Assembly: GCA_964392315.1 (NCBI GenBank)
Contig: CAYMOT010000004.1
Coordinates: forward strand, 1,981 to 65,980
Direction: 5' to 3'
From: an uncultured Candidatus Saccharibacteria bacterium
GTDB lineage: Bacteria; Patescibacteriota; 4484-211; JAGQKX01
DNA: 64,000 nt
Shown: piece after piece, positions 61,993-64,000 of the stretch
Numbering within the stretch: position 1 is the first letter of the stretch
Layout: each line of letters begins with the position of its first letter
Notes under the pieces: model-generated
What the model was told of the DNA's origin: nothing
What the model saw: the letters and a program-made list of their open reading frames with translations, nothing else
The model's database searches: none
Program-made: the position numbers and the translations under genes

Positions 61993-63384
61993 ATGAGATC
62001 GATAATACTTGCTGGGTTTGGCCCCCACGCACGAAGAATTTACTGGAGATTCCTCACAAAGCACAAGGAGCAGTATGGCATTTCCGTACCGCTTGTTATT
62101 GAACTGGAGAGCCAACGAACTATTGTTGAGGACTTTCTGTCTACACAAGAGCTTCAGCCGAAAAATGTTGTATATCTTCCTGATGACGCACGAATGGGAC
62201 AACTTCCCAGCATGGCGCTGGAGGCGCTTGAGAGTACGTACCGTGTTGATCCAAATGCCAGCATGATTATAGCTACCGAGCCGAAAGCGCACATGCCTTA
62301 TGCGTTATGGGCGCTAGAGCACAACGTTGATGTACTAATGGATAAGCCAATATCAGCCCCAGAAGGGCTGGTGTCAGATCCACTCGCCTCAACGCAAGTC
62401 CTAAAAGATTACTTAGTTCTTGAAAAGGCTCTCAAAGGGTCAAGCAGCAGTCTTATCGTCCAATGTCAGCGAAGATATCACAAAGGCTACATATATGTAT
62501 GGAATTATTTAAACGAATTTGTGAAGGAATGGGGCATTCCTATTACGTACATGGATATATATCACGCCGACGGGATGTGGAATATGCCCGATGAGTTTTA
62601 TTATCGAGAAGGGCATCCATATAAATATGGGTATGGAAAATTACTACATTCTGGATATCATTTTATAGACCTGTATGCGTGGTTTTCTCAGATAAACGAC
62701 AATCTGGCCACAAAGTCCCGATCTACCACAGAAGTAATTGGTAGGTCTTTCATCCCCGAAGATCATGCATTTATATTCAACAATGAAGACTATGGGCGGT
62801 TACTCAATACTCGATTCGACAATGCGACCATGCGTAATCTCGGTGGACTTGGTGAGCTTGACGTATATGGAATTTTGCAATCACGCTCCTCCGAAGAAAA
62901 GGTAATAAACACGGCAATTGTTTCTTTACAGCAAAACAGCTTTTCGAGAAGGGCGTGGGCTGAATTGCCGAAGGACACGTATAAGGGAAACGGACGGGTT
63001 CGCCATGAAAGGTTCTCTGTTCAAGTTGGCCCTCTACTCAACATTCAAATTCATTCATACCAATCACACGAGGTGCTAAGGAAAGATACAGACGTAGTTG
63101 GTGTAGGTAATGAGGATCATTTTGATATTTATATATTCCGGAATACAGGCATAGTTGGAGGACAGGCGTTTAAAAAGATTGCATTGGGCGAGAAAATGAA
63201 GGTCAGAAAGGAAGTCGGGTACATGGGGCATAATGAGAAGGCGAGAGAGCAGTGTCTTGTGGATTGGCTTAACGGTGCTGAAAATAGAAGCGACTTCGCT
63301 TCACATAAAGAAACAAATAGGGTATTATCGGCACTATATGCTGCGGTTTCTTTAGGGGAACCCCAGATAATAGTCCATGAATGA
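61993..63384 (+). CDS. Gfo/Idh/MocA-like NAD(P)-dependent oxidoreductase with long C-terminal domain.
   Basis: Rossmann start 'IILAGFGPHARR' and 'IIATEPKAHMPYALWALEHNVDVLMDKP', the latter resembling the Gfo/Idh/MocA signature (xTPxxxHxxxxxxALxAGKHVxxEKP). ATG 61993. Confidence 0.4.
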   Translation: MRSIILAGFGPHARRIYWRFLTKHKEQYGISVPLVIELESQRTIVEDFLSTQELQPKNVVYLPDDARMGQLPSMALEALESTYRVDPNASMIIATEPKAHMPYALWALEHNVDVLMDKPISAPEGLVSDPLASTQVLKDYLVLEKALKGSSSSLIVQCQRRYHKGYIYVWNYLNEFVKEWGIPITYMDIYHADGMWNMPDEFYYREGHPYKYGYGKLLHSGYHFIDLYAWFSQINDNLATKSRSTTEVIGRSFIPEDHAFIFNNEDYGRLLNTRFDNATMRNLGGLGELDVYGILQSRSSEEKVINTAIVSLQQNSFSRRAWAELPKDTYKGNGRVRHERFSVQVGPLLNIQIHSYQSHEVLRKDTDVVGVGNEDHFDIYIFRNTGIVGGQAFKKIALGEKMKVRKEVGYMGHNEKAREQCLVDWLNGAENRSDFASHKETNRVLSALYAAVSLGEPQIIVHE

Positions 63385-63778
63385 GCTAACGATTGTTCAA
63401 TCAGTCATTATCGTAAAAGACGATAAGGTGCTTATGGGTAAACGCTCGCTAACCGAAGACGTGTTTCCGGGACTCTGGGGCATACCGGGTGGAAAGGTTG
63501 ACATAACCGACAAAAGCTTAGAAGACGGCTTACGGCGTGAGGTCATGGAAGAGGCAGGCATTGAAATTACCAATATTCATATGGTGCAAAGCAATATAAA
63601 CGAACAAAAGAAGAAGGCATACATAACCTACACCGCTGAGTGGCTATCGGGTGAGCCGCGCTCTGACGAGAATGAGATAGGCGAATATGCATTTATGGAC
63701 AAAAAACAAATAGAAGCCCTTGAGGCAGAAGGAATGGTTACTCCATTCACGTTTGAGATTATAAAATCTGTTTTGTAG
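63377..63778 (+). CDS. NUDIX hydrolase.
   Basis: Nudix box 'GGKVDITDKSLEDGLRREVMEEAGI' (GX5EX7REUXEEXGU). Confidence 0.7.
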   Translation: MNELTIVQSVIIVKDDKVLMGKRSLTEDVFPGLWGIPGGKVDITDKSLEDGLRREVMEEAGIEITNIHMVQSNINEQKKKAYITYTAEWLSGEPRSDENEIGEYAFMDKKQIEALEAEGMVTPFTFEIIKSVL

Positions 63779-63789
63779 GAGAGTGTACC

Positions 63790-64000
63790 TTGAAAAAGGC
63801 AATCGGTATTTACGGTATGGCCGGCAGTGGCAAGACCACGCTGGGGCTTCGCCTTGCTGAGGATATGGGTTTGTTATACATCAGCTTTGGTGAAGTGATT
63901 CGTGAGTACCCCGCAGTATTCACGGGGTCAGTCAACGCATCTCTGGCTGTGCAACTCATTGCCCTGAAAGCGACAGACTTCCCTGGTATTGTGATAAGTG
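63790..64000 (+). CDS. P-loop NTPase/kinase-like protein, 3' end truncated by the window edge.
   Basis: Walker A 'GMAGSGKTT'. TTG start preceded by AGGAG. Only about 70 aa are visible. Confidence 0.4.
   Translation, partial: MKKAIGIYGMAGSGKTTLGLRLAEDMGLLYISFGEVIREYPAVFTGSVNASLAVQLIALKATDFPGIVIS

Noticed and set aside
1-64000. CRISPR arrays, rRNA genes, tmRNA, riboswitch-like leaders.
   Set aside because: No direct-repeat/spacer periodicity, no rRNA-like conserved stretches and no recognisable riboswitch consensus were seen by reading both strands. An absence of evidence from manual inspection only.

Overview
The window is a gene-dense bacterial chromosome segment. It looks AT-rich (roughly 40% GC by eye), with many overlapping or translationally coupled genes and small membrane proteins. 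This style is compatible with a reduced-genome, CPR/Patescibacteria-like lineage, but that is an inference. All coordinates I derived by hand (tRNAs, repeats, promoters, refined starts) may be off by 1-2 nt.

Most of the window is housekeeping. I can support:
- a surface-glycan cluster: flippase, a GT2-GT4 fusion glycosyltransferase and two O-antigen-ligase-like genes;
- tRNA-Thr, trxB-like, an unusually long adenylate-kinase homolog, murB, queA, a radC-like JAB gene, rarA, and an ABC ATPase/FtsX-like permease pair;
- a copper operon: ArsR-TRASH regulator, copA, a membrane protein with a Cys/Met C-terminal domain, and copZ;
- tRNA-Gly and tRNA-Asp, a lemA/htpX-like pair, and the operon gatC-gatA-aspS-gatB;
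- dnaE, a ClpC/ClpE-like AAA+ chaperone with an N-terminal zinc ribbon, rplS, yraN, eno, trhO, and era;
- a DenV-like pyrimidine-dimer glycosylase, tRNA-Glu, ruvCAB, trmD, and ppsA;
- a single-domain response regulator, a second enolase paralog, a Gfo/Idh/MocA-like oxidoreductase, a NUDIX gene and a partial P-loop kinase.

The stand-out region is about 43.7-50.1 kb, between trhO and a tRNA-Lys(TTT) gene. It is compositionally foreign, with GC-rich blocks. It is built from two pairs of perfectly identical long inverted repeats:
- a 198-bp pair (43727-43924 and 48166-48363) brackets a cassette of an MmeI-like Type IIG restriction-modification enzyme, a small XRE/C-protein-like regulator and a translationally coupled multi-pass membrane protein;
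- a 115-bp pair (48358-48472 and 49883-49997) brackets a large serine recombinase gene.

The two repeat families abut and overlap on the hexamer CCACCA. The same hexamer forms the junction with trhO and is the 3' terminus of tRNA-Lys. This looks like nested IS-like or invertible modules built by site-specific recombination at a tRNA 3' end. I do not recognise it as a described element type. It could also be a metagenomic misassembly and needs read-level confirmation.

No CRISPR array and no rRNA gene were seen.
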